Numbered from the stretch's first letter, positions 9,095 through 18,361 are shown. The stretch is DNA of 64,000 bases from an uncultured Erysipelotrichaceae bacterium (GCA_902800905.1 CADCGC010000011.1:14389-78388), one strand, 5' to 3'. The notes: generated by a model not told the origin, from the sequence alone. Program-made: numbers and translations.

Positions 9095-11035
9095 ATGAAA
9101 AAGAAATTTTTTGGTTTAATGATGATGGGACTTTTATCACTCTCTCTTGCGGCTTGTAATAATCCTCAAGCGTCAAGTGGAGGAAACACTCCATCAGGAG
9201 GAGATGTTGATCCTAGCGGTGACACTGATCCTAGTGGAGGAGGACCGTCTACACCATCTGATAGCGACATTATTAATTCGGTTATGGCGAATATCTCAAT
9301 CGATTCATTTGCGACCTCAGGAGCGATGAAATATTGGATGAGATATGAAATGGAAGGTGAAGAACCTATCGAAAATGAAAACGTTAACCGTCTTATCACT
9401 TCAGTCTATAACGGAACAAATACTTTTATTAAGCTTGGTTCTCCTTATGACACTGCAACAAGCGATACTCGATATGACGCTGGTCCTGATAATGAGATTT
9501 TGATTTTCCAATTAAATCCATTATCTAACGAAGTTGAAGCATTATTCGTTCAAGATTATGCAACTGGTTTACCAGTTCCATATACTGAAGCATTTGGCTT
9601 CCCAATCAATAAAAAACTTGCGCCTTATTCTTTTACTGTAAATGAGAACAAATTAGTCTTAGAAGACCCTTCTGCGATTAATTTTAACTATTTATATAAT
9701 GTTTGCTTTGGTGGTCAAACAATGAGAAACCAATTAATGACATTTGAAATTGGCTTTGATAAAGACTATAAACCAACAACTTTATATATCGAATTCGGTA
9801 TGGAAAACGAATATATGATCTCTAAAGACATCTATGATGGTGTATTTATTGATCCTGCTTCAGTTGAAGTTGACCCTCTCCCTAGAGTAAGAGCCGCTCA
9901 ACCTGGACAAGAAAAACTTCAAGCATACTTCAATTCACTTCAAGAAATGAATTACACAGTGGAAGTTACTTATGTAACTAAATATCCAGATGAAGATTAT
10001 TTCTATCTTCATGATGATGAACCAATTGCCCCTCCTATTTCAGATGATGAAGGTGATGAAGGATCCGAAGAGCCTCCAGTCATTATAACTACTTATGTCA
10101 CTCCTAGTGGATATTATCATGACTGTCAAAATTGGTATAACGGTAGTGATGGTGCTATTGAAACTGACGCTGGTTTAATTGAATTTAAAAAAGATGAAAT
10201 TAGCGGGGTTTTTAACGCAACCGCGACCGCTAAACAAATTAGAACTGTCGAAGATAAATTTGGTGATTTCTGGAAATATTCTGCTCGTTCATTTAATGTA
10301 ACTGAAGATGGAAAATATGTTATTGCTAATGAAAAAGGATTTGAAAAATATCTTTGGACAAATCTTACTACTGAAGCTACAGTGTATGGCCCAACAATTC
10401 CTTTTGGAATTACATTCACAATTGACGAAGATAATAATCAATTGATTTACGAATATGGTGATGACTACACTTCTGTTAGAGGTGTTGTTAAAAACATTGG
10501 AACAACAGTCTTACCAGTCTCCATTAGTGAAGTGAATCCATTTACTCCTGCTACTAATTGGAATGAATGGTATAACCAAGATACAAATTGGAATCAACAT
10601 ACATATGATATATTAAATGTTTTAACAGAGAATAATCCTAATATTATTCCATATATCTACACTCCATATGATTTTGAAAGATCAGCTTATTCTGAAGGTG
10701 ATAGCGAATTCGTTATGGAACCATATCCTCATATCGTTGAGACCATCGAACAAGTTAGAAACTTCACAACCGCATATCAATGTGATACATGTGATGAAGC
10801 GGTTAGAGCATATAATGAGACATTAAGTCAAATTGAAAACGCGAATGCATTTAAATATGATCGACAAAAAGATTGTTATCGATATGTAACTGAGACTCTT
10901 GATTTAACAATGAGAGTGTATATTGATAAAGACTTTGTTGGTCAAATCGCTGATGAGAAGTTCAATTTTGCCTTAATCATTGATGTTGTTAATAATAACT
11001 TCAAATCAAATGATCCATACGCGATTGAAATCTGA
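9095..11035 (+). CDS. Large surface lipoprotein, unknown function
   Basis: MKKKFFGLMMMGLLSLSLAAC lipobox followed by a G/S/D/P-rich linker. 646-aa ORF ending at a TGA stop. Confidence 0.7.
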   Translation: MKKKFFGLMMMGLLSLSLAACNNPQASSGGNTPSGGDVDPSGDTDPSGGGPSTPSDSDIINSVMANISIDSFATSGAMKYWMRYEMEGEEPIENENVNRLITSVYNGTNTFIKLGSPYDTATSDTRYDAGPDNEILIFQLNPLSNEVEALFVQDYATGLPVPYTEAFGFPINKKLAPYSFTVNENKLVLEDPSAINFNYLYNVCFGGQTMRNQLMTFEIGFDKDYKPTTLYIEFGMENEYMISKDIYDGVFIDPASVEVDPLPRVRAAQPGQEKLQAYFNSLQEMNYTVEVTYVTKYPDEDYFYLHDDEPIAPPISDDEGDEGSEEPPVIITTYVTPSGYYHDCQNWYNGSDGAIETDAGLIEFKKDEISGVFNATATAKQIRTVEDKFGDFWKYSARSFNVTEDGKYVIANEKGFEKYLWTNLTTEATVYGPTIPFGITFTIDEDNNQLIYEYGDDYTSVRGVVKNIGTTVLPVSISEVNPFTPATNWNEWYNQDTNWNQHTYDILNVLTENNPNIIPYIYTPYDFERSAYSEGDSEFVMEPYPHIVETIEQVRNFTTAYQCDTCDEAVRAYNETLSQIENANAFKYDRQKDCYRYVTETLDLTMRVYIDKDFVGQIADEKFNFALIIDVVNNNFKSNDPYAIEI

Positions 11036-11056
11036 TAATTCAAATAACATTTTCTA

Positions 11057-11082
11057 AAGCCTCTAGAAATAGGGGCTTTTTT
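11057..11082 (+). terminator. Rho-independent terminator (copy 1 of an identical 26-nt sequence)
   Basis: aagcctctagaaataggggctttttt: GCCYCT/AGGGGC stem plus T6. An identical copy lies at 12616-12641. Confidence 0.8.
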
Positions 11083-11160
11083 ATGACCCAATATCCACAA
11101 CATAATCGGCTTCTAATTTTGGAATGTTTTTTTGACATTATATCGTTCTATCGCGTTATC

Positions 11161-11281
11161 AAATACTTTTCGCATTATCAACAGTTTTTCAAATAAATAC
11201 TTTTCGCATTATCAACAGTTTTTCAAATAAATACTTTTCGCATTATCAACAGTTTTCCAAATAAATACTTTTCGCATTATC
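11161..11281. repeat. 34-bp direct tandem repeat, about 3.6 copies
   Basis: The unit aaatacttttcgcattatcaacagtttttcaaat starts at 11161, 11195, 11229 and 11263 (last copy truncated). Copies are nearly identical, with one t/c difference. Confidence 0.95.
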
Positions 11282-11314
11282 GAAATTATGAAATAATATA
11301 TTCAGGAGGAATCG

Positions 11315-12603
11315 ATGATGGAATTTTATAGAAAAATATACGAAAAACTACTTGAGTGGAAAACAAAATATAATGGTAAAGCCGCTTTGCTAATTGAAGG
11401 AGCTAGGCGTATCGGAAAATCAACAATAGCTGAACGCTTTGGAAAAGAACAATACAAGTCCTATATTCTTATCGACTTTCGTATAGCTTCAAAAACTGTT
11501 AAAGATTGTTTTTACGAAAACCTCCTCCCTAACAAATTAAATGATTTTTTTAATATTATAAAAACTGAATATGGATAGTAAAAGACGGAAGATATGATTA
11601 TATAGAAACTGGTTCTTTAATATCAATTAAGGAAAACGTTAAAGACATCGTTATTCCATCAGAAGAGAAAAAAATACAAATGTATCCAATGGATTTTGAG
11701 GAATTTTTGATGGCAGAAGGAGAAGAACAATTGCTTGATTATATTAAAGAATGCGCTAAGAGAAAGAAACCACTAATCGATGCATTTCATAAAAGAGCTA
11801 ATTATTGTTTTAAGGAATATATGTTAGTTGGTGGAATGCCGCAAAGTGTTCTTGCGTATATTGAAAACAATAAAGATTTCAATAGAGCTGATGAAGCAAA
11901 AAGAGAGATTCTTAATTTATATAGAGATGATATAAATAAGGCTAGCAAACGATATAATATAAAAATCTCTCGTGTATTTGAAAATATTCCAGGTTTTCTT
12001 TCTAAACACGATAAAAAGATTGTTTTATCTAATTTAGATAACAAAAAAACTTTTTCTGAATATGCTGACCCTTTGTTTTGGCTTGATGATTCAATGATTT
12101 GCAATTTATGTTACAGATGTAATGATCCAAATGTTGGCTTTTCTTTGACAAAAGACGACTCATCTGTAAAGTGTTATTTAGGCGATACTGGTTTATTAAT
12201 ATCCTTAGCGTTTTCAGAGAACGAAATAGTGGAAAAAGAAATATATAAATCCATACTTCACGACAAACTTTCAATTAATAAAGGAATGATATTTGAGAAC
12301 GTCGTTGCCCAAATGCTTAAAGCTAAAGGAAACGAGTTGTATTATTATTCGCATTATTCGTTGGAAACACATAAAAATGATATTGAAATTGATTTTCTCC
12401 TATCAAATAACAGCAAGACAAGTTTAAAAGTATATCCAGTTGAAGTTAAATCCAGCAAAAATTACACAGTTAGTTCTTACGATTTGTTTAAAAAGAGGTT
12501 TGGAAGCAGAATCGAAAAATCATTCATTGTTCATCCTAAACAATTGACTTTTGATGAATCTTCAATTAAAACGCCACCATATATGGTTCCCTTTATAATG
12601 TAA
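11315..12603 (+). pseudogene. AAA ATPase (AAA_14 + DUF4143 family), disrupted
   Basis: N-terminal 87 aa carry Walker A (GARRIGKST) and stop at 11578. The rest (VKDGRYDYIETGSLISI ... YPMDFEEFL ...) continues in another frame from about 11580. The expected Walker B block between the two pieces appears to be missing. Confidence 0.7.
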
Positions 12604-12615
12604 TGAATAGTGGAT

Positions 12616-12641
12616 AAGCCTCTAGAAATAGGGGCTTTTTT
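12616..12641 (+). terminator. Rho-independent terminator (copy 2 of the identical 26-nt sequence)
   Basis: aagcctctagaaataggggctttttt, identical to 11057-11082. Confidence 0.8.
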
Positions 12642-12792
12642 CTTGATCTTATCATTTATAGTTGTTTAAATAATAGCACTGGTCATTCCAGCTTCTTGTT
12701 AGGCTAGACCCACGAGAAATCGTGTACCTTCAGTTTTGAATGCTTTTTTAAATCTTGAAAAAATAAAAAAGTATCACTACCATATAAGTGTT

Positions 12793-13353
12793 ATGAAATT
12801 AATTGATGTCAGAAAAATATACGAAGGAAAATACCTAACCTACTATATTGCGGATTATCAAAATAATGATAATAAGATTAAATCCTATGAGTTCATCTCT
12901 AGAGATAAAAACATCACTAAAGAGAATTTTGGTAATAATAGACCAGCAGGAGTGGGACTAGTACCTTTCTCAATGGATAAAAGTAAGATTCTTCTTCAAT
13001 CAGAATTTAGACTCGCCACTAATAGGAAAGTATATAACTTCCCAGCGGGATTAATTGATGAAGGAGAAACTCCTGAAGACGCTGCAAAAAGAGAATTAAA
13101 AGAAGAAACAGGTGTAGATTTAAAAGAAATCATAGATGTCTTATCTCCTTCTTATGCTTCTCAAGGAACAAGTGATGAACTAATGGTGATCGTTATTTGT
13201 AAATGTGAAGGAGAGATCGTTAATTCAACATTTGTGGATGAAGAAATTGAAGCTAGATGGTACTCAAAAGAAGAAATAAAAGAACTATTAAAAGAAGGCG
13301 CTTATATGTCAGTAAGAACTCAGATGTTTTTGTGGCAGTGGGCTAACGAATAA
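12793..13353 (+). CDS. Nudix hydrolase (ADP-ribose pyrophosphatase-like)
   Basis: Nudix box GLIDEGETPEDAAKRELKEETG. ATG at 12793 (MKLIDVRK...) is preferred over the upstream TTG at 12736 used by the ORF track. Confidence 0.85.
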   Translation: MKLIDVRKIYEGKYLTYYIADYQNNDNKIKSYEFISRDKNITKENFGNNRPAGVGLVPFSMDKSKILLQSEFRLATNRKVYNFPAGLIDEGETPEDAAKRELKEETGVDLKEIIDVLSPSYASQGTSDELMVIVICKCEGEIVNSTFVDEEIEARWYSKEEIKELLKEGAYMSVRTQMFLWQWANE

Positions 13354-13380
13354 ATATCCTACAAATTCAATATATTAAAT

Positions 13381-13418
13381 AAATTGATTTTCTAAAAGGT
13401 AAATCAGTTTATTTTTTT
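13381..13418 (+). terminator. Rho-independent terminator after the Nudix gene
   Basis: 10-bp stem aaattgattt/aaatcagttt (one G-U) followed by aT7. Confidence 0.6.
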
Positions 13419-13466
13419 ATGAAAATTATTTATATCGATACGACCGATACTTTTTAAGTATGGGTA

Positions 13467-13495
13467 TTGACACATCTATGCAAAGCATATAACAT
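13467..13495 (+). promoter_or_regulatory. Candidate sigma-70-type promoter for riboswitch module 1
   Basis: Perfect -35 TTGACA at 13467-13472. A-T-rich -10 candidates (tataac / taacat) lie 15-17 nt downstream, about 20 nt before the aptamer. Confidence 0.45.
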
Positions 13496-13510
13496 AACAC
13501 GCGAGAGAAG

Positions 13511-13601
13511 AGCAAAACTACAGTAATGTAGTGACGCAAAGCTAGAGGGTCTTAAATAGATAGCCAGTTGCCGCAAAAGAATTAGGTAGACTGGATTTTT
13601 T
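13511..13601 (+). promoter_or_regulatory. c-di-GMP-I (GEMM-I) riboswitch with terminator-type expression platform (copy 1)
   Basis: GCAAAAC-ctaca-GTAA-tgtag-tGACGCAAAGC-tagaGGGTCTTAA...GATAGCCAGTTGCC matches the GEMM-I core (GNRA-capped hairpin, ACGCAAAGC junction, AGCCAGUUGCC 3' strand). CCAGT...ACTGG plus a T6 tract follows and shares nucleotides with the aptamer 3' strand. Confidence 0.85.
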
Positions 13602-13607
13602 ATTTAA

Positions 13608-14399
13608 ATGACAATCAAAAAGAAAAATAACTTATTAAGAATAGTTGCTGCCACATCGATGACAATCTTTTCGTTATTAGCTTTATTTGTTGGTACATTC
13701 GCCTGGTTCTCACTTAATAGCGACACAAATGTAAATGGTGATGGTGGAATGAAAGTTGAAAACCATCTGAAAAGTTTCCAAAAGATGGAAATATTTAGTG
13801 GTGATTATGTTTCTGATAACGGAAATTATTATCGCTTTGAAGCAATTGCTGATGAGACAATTACTATTTCTTATGATGGAAGCGCTGTCGGTAGTTTTGT
13901 AATGGAGGAATATACTGCGTTTAATCGTCATCATCCAATTATGATTGTTTTGACATATGATAACGCCATTAGTTCTATTGATGTAACAGCTACTACAACA
14001 ACTTCTTATTTTGTTGGCGATGTTGCTCATAATGGTTTATCTCAATTTGTTGGAGAAACTTCAAAAAGACCATTATCTTCGTTTATTCACACTTATGCAT
14101 TCGGGTATGAAAACAATTTACCAGCTCCTACAAATGTTAGTGGAACAAATTATTACTATTATGAAGATAGTGTTGTAGAAGGTTGCGCAACTAACGGAGG
14201 AAGTTTTGTAACTCTTTCTGGTAGTTCATTTACATACAATACCACATGTTCGTTTGCCCATTTAAGTGGGGTTTCTTATAAGAAAATAGTCATTATCTTG
14301 GACTATTATCAAGACGCAATTGAATATATAGTTTCTGCATACTTGAAAGATTTAACAAGTACAATCGATTTGATGTGCGATTGGACTTTATCGGTGTAA
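13608..14399 (+). CDS. Secreted 263-aa protein with SipW-type signal peptide, unknown function (module 1 small subunit)
   Basis: MTIKKKNNLLRIVAATSMTIFSLLALFVGTFAWFS: K-rich n-region, hydrophobic core and GT-F-A-W-F motif as in TasA-class SipW substrates. By eye, roughly three quarters identical to the 17561-18355 product. Confidence 0.7.
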   Translation: MTIKKKNNLLRIVAATSMTIFSLLALFVGTFAWFSLNSDTNVNGDGGMKVENHLKSFQKMEIFSGDYVSDNGNYYRFEAIADETITISYDGSAVGSFVMEEYTAFNRHHPIMIVLTYDNAISSIDVTATTTTSYFVGDVAHNGLSQFVGETSKRPLSSFIHTYAFGYENNLPAPTNVSGTNYYYYEDSVVEGCATNGGSFVTLSGSSFTYNTTCSFAHLSGVSYKKIVIILDYYQDAIEYIVSAYLKDLTSTIDLMCDWTLSV

Positions 14400-14401
14400 T
14401 C

Positions 14402-17296
14402 ATGAGAAAGAATAGAGTAGGATTATCAGTTTTAATATCCACTTCAGTAATTACATTACTTGCCACTGTTACTGGTACTTTTGCATGGTTTGCTGAACAC
14501 ACTTTAGATGATCCTGTCGATGTTAATATTGATGGCTCAGCCACTCCATACCATTACGCCAGTGGAACAGGTACAAGTGGAGATCCATATATCATCAGAG
14601 AACCAATCCACTTATATAACTTAGCGTGGTTACAATATTTAGGAACATATAATAAAGATGATAACGATGATGGAGTTATTGATCAACAGTGGTACTTTAA
14701 GCTTGCTGATGATATTCCCGCTAGTGGACTTGATATGAGTGGATACACTCTTCCACCAATTGGAACAGAAGATTATCCGTTCATTGGTAACTTTAATGGA
14801 AACAATAAAAAAATAGTTAATTTAACTACTTCTAATAACGAAACAGATTTTGGCTCAAGAATTCCGCATAATTTGGATTATACCGCACCTGAAATAGTAG
14901 GTTTCTTTGGTGTTGTTGGAAAATTGGATGGAGATTATACCTACAATTCTTCAATTAACACAATCACTAATTTGAATTTAAATAATCTAACAGTTGTGAG
15001 CAAGACAAATAAAACCCTCATCGGATTAGCAGCGGGTTATGTTAATGGCAACATGAGCGGTGTTAAATTAAGTGGCAACGTTACTTTAGATGTTAATGAT
15101 AGAACATGTTCATCCTTAGGTGGAGAATTTACTAAATTATCTGATTACGGTTTGGTTGGGTATTCCACTAAAAGAGGCGGAGGCGGAGATTTTTCACAAA
15201 AAATATCAAAATATTTTGATAGTGATGATGGTGAAGGTCAAGGTGATGACAACGATTGGGGCGGTTCTATTAATCCAAGGCTATACAATAGATGGATTTA
15301 TGATTCTTATAAAGGAACAAGCTATGATCATGAGATTTCTACAATGAGTAGTAGCATCAGCACAATTAACACAATTACAAATAGTGATTATAAGTTAGCG
15401 TTTTCTACAGTAAGCAGAACAAATCAAAGAACATCGCATACACAATATAATAACTACTGCGATCCAGATTATATCGATCAACCTCAAGATGGCTGGTCAG
15501 TTGCAACAAACGTTAGGAATATTGCATATCAACTTAAAGATGGTTGTTATTTACCTTTAAGATTCGCTGATGACGAAAAAACTGGCACACACTCAAAAAA
15601 TACCGGATACATCATTGGTTCATCATCTGGTAACCTTGGAAGTCCAAAACTATCTTCTTATTTTACTGTTAATATAGGGAATTCATTGAAAAATACCAAA
15701 ATCGAAACAACTGGTATTGCTGGTGGATATTCGTATGCAAACAACTATTCATATGTCGATTCAGACTTAGAATTGCTAACATATTCTATTAATGATTCTG
15801 CTTGGTACCGTGTTGAAGATAGTCATAATATTGGCCACACAACAACCAATGCATTAATCAAGGACTTTCCAAAGAAAAGTGTAGAATACCTAGGCTTTGA
15901 AAAATACAACGACTCTAGGAATACTTTACAAACAATATTTGAAAGTGCAACAACGATTCAAGGAATCCATTTTGAGAATTATCAAGTGAGTTCTTCTAAT
16001 TTGTTAAATGTAGCAAGTAATATTAAGATCACAGGAACGACATACAACACAACATATCAACTTCCAAAAGGGTCGATAGACTTTAATCTAAAAAGGACTG
16101 GTTTTATTAATTTCTTTGCCGGAACATATTATTCTTCTGTTATTTATAATTTTGGTTTTTTTACTTTGAATCATGTTTTTAGAAACGGAGGAACTATTTC
16201 TTCAATCAAAAAAATAGATGAGATTTATCAAAATAAGTATTGGAATAGAGGAGCTTTATCAGATTCTATAACAAATCCTAAATTCTTTTATAAGTACTCC
16301 GATGGAACATTTTCAAATATTGTTGCAAATAACGTAACTAGAGCTGCAACAGTTGCTGATCGAGACACTGAATTTGGTAACGATGGATTACTTTTCGATG
16401 TTAAAACTGTTCTTGAAGGAGTTTTAGGAACAAGCGGAAACATATTGAGGCAAGCAGTTAATAATTTATTATTTTATTTTGAAATACCTGTTAATAATGG
16501 TGAATATGCGATGGGAATGCCAGCAAAACCATCTGGAATAACTTCATATACTGGAGCTTATATGATTTATCTCGATATTGGCGCTAATGCTGATTCAATC
16601 GATTCTGATGTAATTACTGGTTATTCTGTGTTAACGGAAACAACTATGATTGCATATCCGCTTGGTGTTGATTTTGATGTTACTGGATCAGGAAATAATG
16701 GCGGTTCATCATTCTGCGTTTATATCGCATCAGGAAAAAAAGGAACAATTTCATTTGAACTAAATAATGAAAGAAATAATATCTCTATAACTAGTACAGC
16801 TAGTCTTTCGGTTTATTCGTATCAAAGTGGTACGTTCGGTACGACGTATACGGTGAGCGGAAATTCTCCTGGCGAATTAGAAGAACCGCCTGGAGGTGGA
16901 ACAAAACTCATTCATATAAGGGTAGAAACTACCGAAAGTGTTGTAGATAACGTATTAATTACCGATATTCTTGATGATGAAGGAAACATCGATTCATCAA
17001 CATATAGTGTTAATGGCGAAAATAAAACAATAGTTCAACTTCAATCTTTAATTGAATCATTAACTGATGATGTTTTGGAAGGATTTAGAACTAGAGATAT
17101 CGCTGTTACATTAACTAGAATTAGTGGCACTAATACATTTGACGCAACTTTGCCAACTCTTCCATGGGAAAATAGTGGTGTGTACGCTATTACATTAGAT
17201 GCAACGGGATTATCTTTAAGAGTTAATTTAGCAAATGATGTAACTGCGACTATTAATGGCACACCTGTGTCAAATAATAGCGTCTACCCATCATAA
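14402..17296 (+). CDS. Large secreted adhesin-like protein (beta-helix/GLUG-like N-terminal region) with SipW-type signal peptide (module 1)
   Basis: ATG at 14402, 2 nt after the upstream stop. MRKNRVGLSVLISTSVITLLATVTGTFAWFAEHT signal. GDPYIIREPIHLYNLAW ... FIGNFNGNNKKIVNL ... FFGVVG ... LIGLAAGYVNG resembles the start of parallel beta-helix surface proteins. No LPXTG or C-terminal TM. Confidence 0.7.
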   Translation: MRKNRVGLSVLISTSVITLLATVTGTFAWFAEHTLDDPVDVNIDGSATPYHYASGTGTSGDPYIIREPIHLYNLAWLQYLGTYNKDDNDDGVIDQQWYFKLADDIPASGLDMSGYTLPPIGTEDYPFIGNFNGNNKKIVNLTTSNNETDFGSRIPHNLDYTAPEIVGFFGVVGKLDGDYTYNSSINTITNLNLNNLTVVSKTNKTLIGLAAGYVNGNMSGVKLSGNVTLDVNDRTCSSLGGEFTKLSDYGLVGYSTKRGGGGDFSQKISKYFDSDDGEGQGDDNDWGGSINPRLYNRWIYDSYKGTSYDHEISTMSSSISTINTITNSDYKLAFSTVSRTNQRTSHTQYNNYCDPDYIDQPQDGWSVATNVRNIAYQLKDGCYLPLRFADDEKTGTHSKNTGYIIGSSSGNLGSPKLSSYFTVNIGNSLKNTKIETTGIAGGYSYANNYSYVDSDLELLTYSINDSAWYRVEDSHNIGHTTTNALIKDFPKKSVEYLGFEKYNDSRNTLQTIFESATTIQGIHFENYQVSSSNLLNVASNIKITGTTYNTTYQLPKGSIDFNLKRTGFINFFAGTYYSSVIYNFGFFTLNHVFRNGGTISSIKKIDEIYQNKYWNRGALSDSITNPKFFYKYSDGTFSNIVANNVTRAATVADRDTEFGNDGLLFDVKTVLEGVLGTSGNILRQAVNNLLFYFEIPVNNGEYAMGMPAKPSGITSYTGAYMIYLDIGANADSIDSDVITGYSVLTETTMIAYPLGVDFDVTGSGNNGGSSFCVYIASGKKGTISFELNNERNNISITSTASLSVYSYQSGTFGTTYTVSGNSPGELEEPPGGGTKLIHIRVETTESVVDNVLITDILDDEGNIDSSTYSVNGENKTIVQLQSLIESLTDDVLEGFRTRDIAVTLTRISGTNTFDATLPTLPWENSGVYAITLDATGLSLRVNLANDVTATINGTPVSNNSVYPS

Positions 17297-17310
17297 TAAT
17301 ATTATGCTTA

Positions 17311-17333
17311 AGACACCATTTTGGTGTCTTTTT
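17311..17333 (+). terminator. Rho-independent terminator ending module 1
   Basis: agacacc-atttt-ggtgtct followed by T4. The same stem sequence ends module 2. Confidence 0.8.
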
Positions 17334-17421
17334 GCTATTGACGTAATAAATAGTAATTGTACAAAGGCTAGTTATTACAAGTTTTTTATTGCTGTAATCA
17401 AATTATATTGATTATTTTTTG

Positions 17422-17451
17422 TTGACAAAATCACACACGCATTAATAAAAT
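17422..17451 (+). promoter_or_regulatory. Candidate sigma-70-type promoter for riboswitch module 2
   Basis: TTGACA at 17422-17427 and TAAAAT at 17446-17451 (18-nt spacer), about 14 nt before the aptamer. Confidence 0.5.
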
Positions 17452-17464
17452 ACAAGTAGAAAAA

Positions 17465-17556
17465 GGCAAAACTACAGTAATGTAGTGACGCAAAGCTATA
17501 GGGTCTTAATTAAGATAGCCAGTTGCCATAAATATGATGGTAAACTGGGTTTTTTA
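17465..17556 (+). promoter_or_regulatory. c-di-GMP-I (GEMM-I) riboswitch with terminator-type expression platform (copy 2)
   Basis: GGCAAAAC-ctaca-GTAA-tgtag-tGACGCAAAGC-tataGGGTCTTAA...GATAGCCAGTTGCC. Terminator CCAGTTGCCAT...ATGGTAAACTGG plus T6 re-uses the aptamer 3' strand. Confidence 0.88.
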
Positions 17557-17560
17557 TTAG

Positions 17561-18355
17561 ATGGCAAAAAAGAAACAAACAACATTAAAAATTGTGGCCG
17601 CCACATCGATGACGATCTTTTCTCTTTTTGCCTTATTCATTGGTACATTTGCTTGGTTCTCCATCAATAACAACACAAATGTTGATGGCGATGGTGGAAT
17701 GAAAGTAGAAAACCATCTCAAGAGTTTCCAACGAATGGAAATATATAGTGGTGAATATGTCACAAAAAGTGGAACAGATTATTATAGATTTGAACCAACG
17801 CCTGACGCTGAAGTAACTATTTCATATGATGGAAGCGCAATTGGTAGTTTTGTAATGGCAGAATATACAGCCTTTGACCGTCATCATCCAATTATGTTTG
17901 TTTTATCTTTTGATAACTCTCTTGGTTCAATTGATATAACCGCTACAACACCAACATCTTATTATGTTGGAGATGTCGCTAATAATGGATTAAACCAAGG
18001 CGTCGGTGGAGATCCGGATACAAAACCTCTATCGTCTTTTATTCATACTTACGCAACAGGGTATGCTGAATATTTACCGGCTCCAACAAATTTAGGTGAT
18101 GGCTCTTTCTATTATTATTCTGATAGTACTATGGAAAGTTATGCTTCTAATGGTGGTAGTTTTGTAACTTTTTCTGGTAGTTCGTTTACATATAATCAAA
18201 CATTCTCATTTGCTCACTTTAGTGGAGTTTCATATAAAAAGATTGTTGTTTTTCTTGATTATTATCAAGAATCAATTGAATATATCGTTTCGGCATATTT
18301 AAAAGATTTAACAGATACAATCGATTTAGCATGTGATTGGAAAATATCGGTGTAA
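17561..18355 (+). CDS. Secreted 264-aa protein with SipW-type signal peptide (module 2 small subunit)
   Basis: MAKKKQTTLKIVAATSMTIFSLFALFIGTFAWFS. Paralogue of 13608-14399. Confidence 0.7.
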   Translation: MAKKKQTTLKIVAATSMTIFSLFALFIGTFAWFSINNNTNVDGDGGMKVENHLKSFQRMEIYSGEYVTKSGTDYYRFEPTPDAEVTISYDGSAIGSFVMAEYTAFDRHHPIMFVLSFDNSLGSIDITATTPTSYYVGDVANNGLNQGVGGDPDTKPLSSFIHTYATGYAEYLPAPTNLGDGSFYYYSDSTMESYASNGGSFVTFSGSSFTYNQTFSFAHFSGVSYKKIVVFLDYYQESIEYIVSAYLKDLTDTIDLACDWKISV

Positions 18356-18361
18356 TTAATT

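Noticed and set aside
11161-11281. Possible CRISPR array (regular ~34-nt repeats)
   Set aside because: The repeat units are directly adjacent with no unique spacers between them, and no cas genes are nearby. This is a simple tandem repeat.
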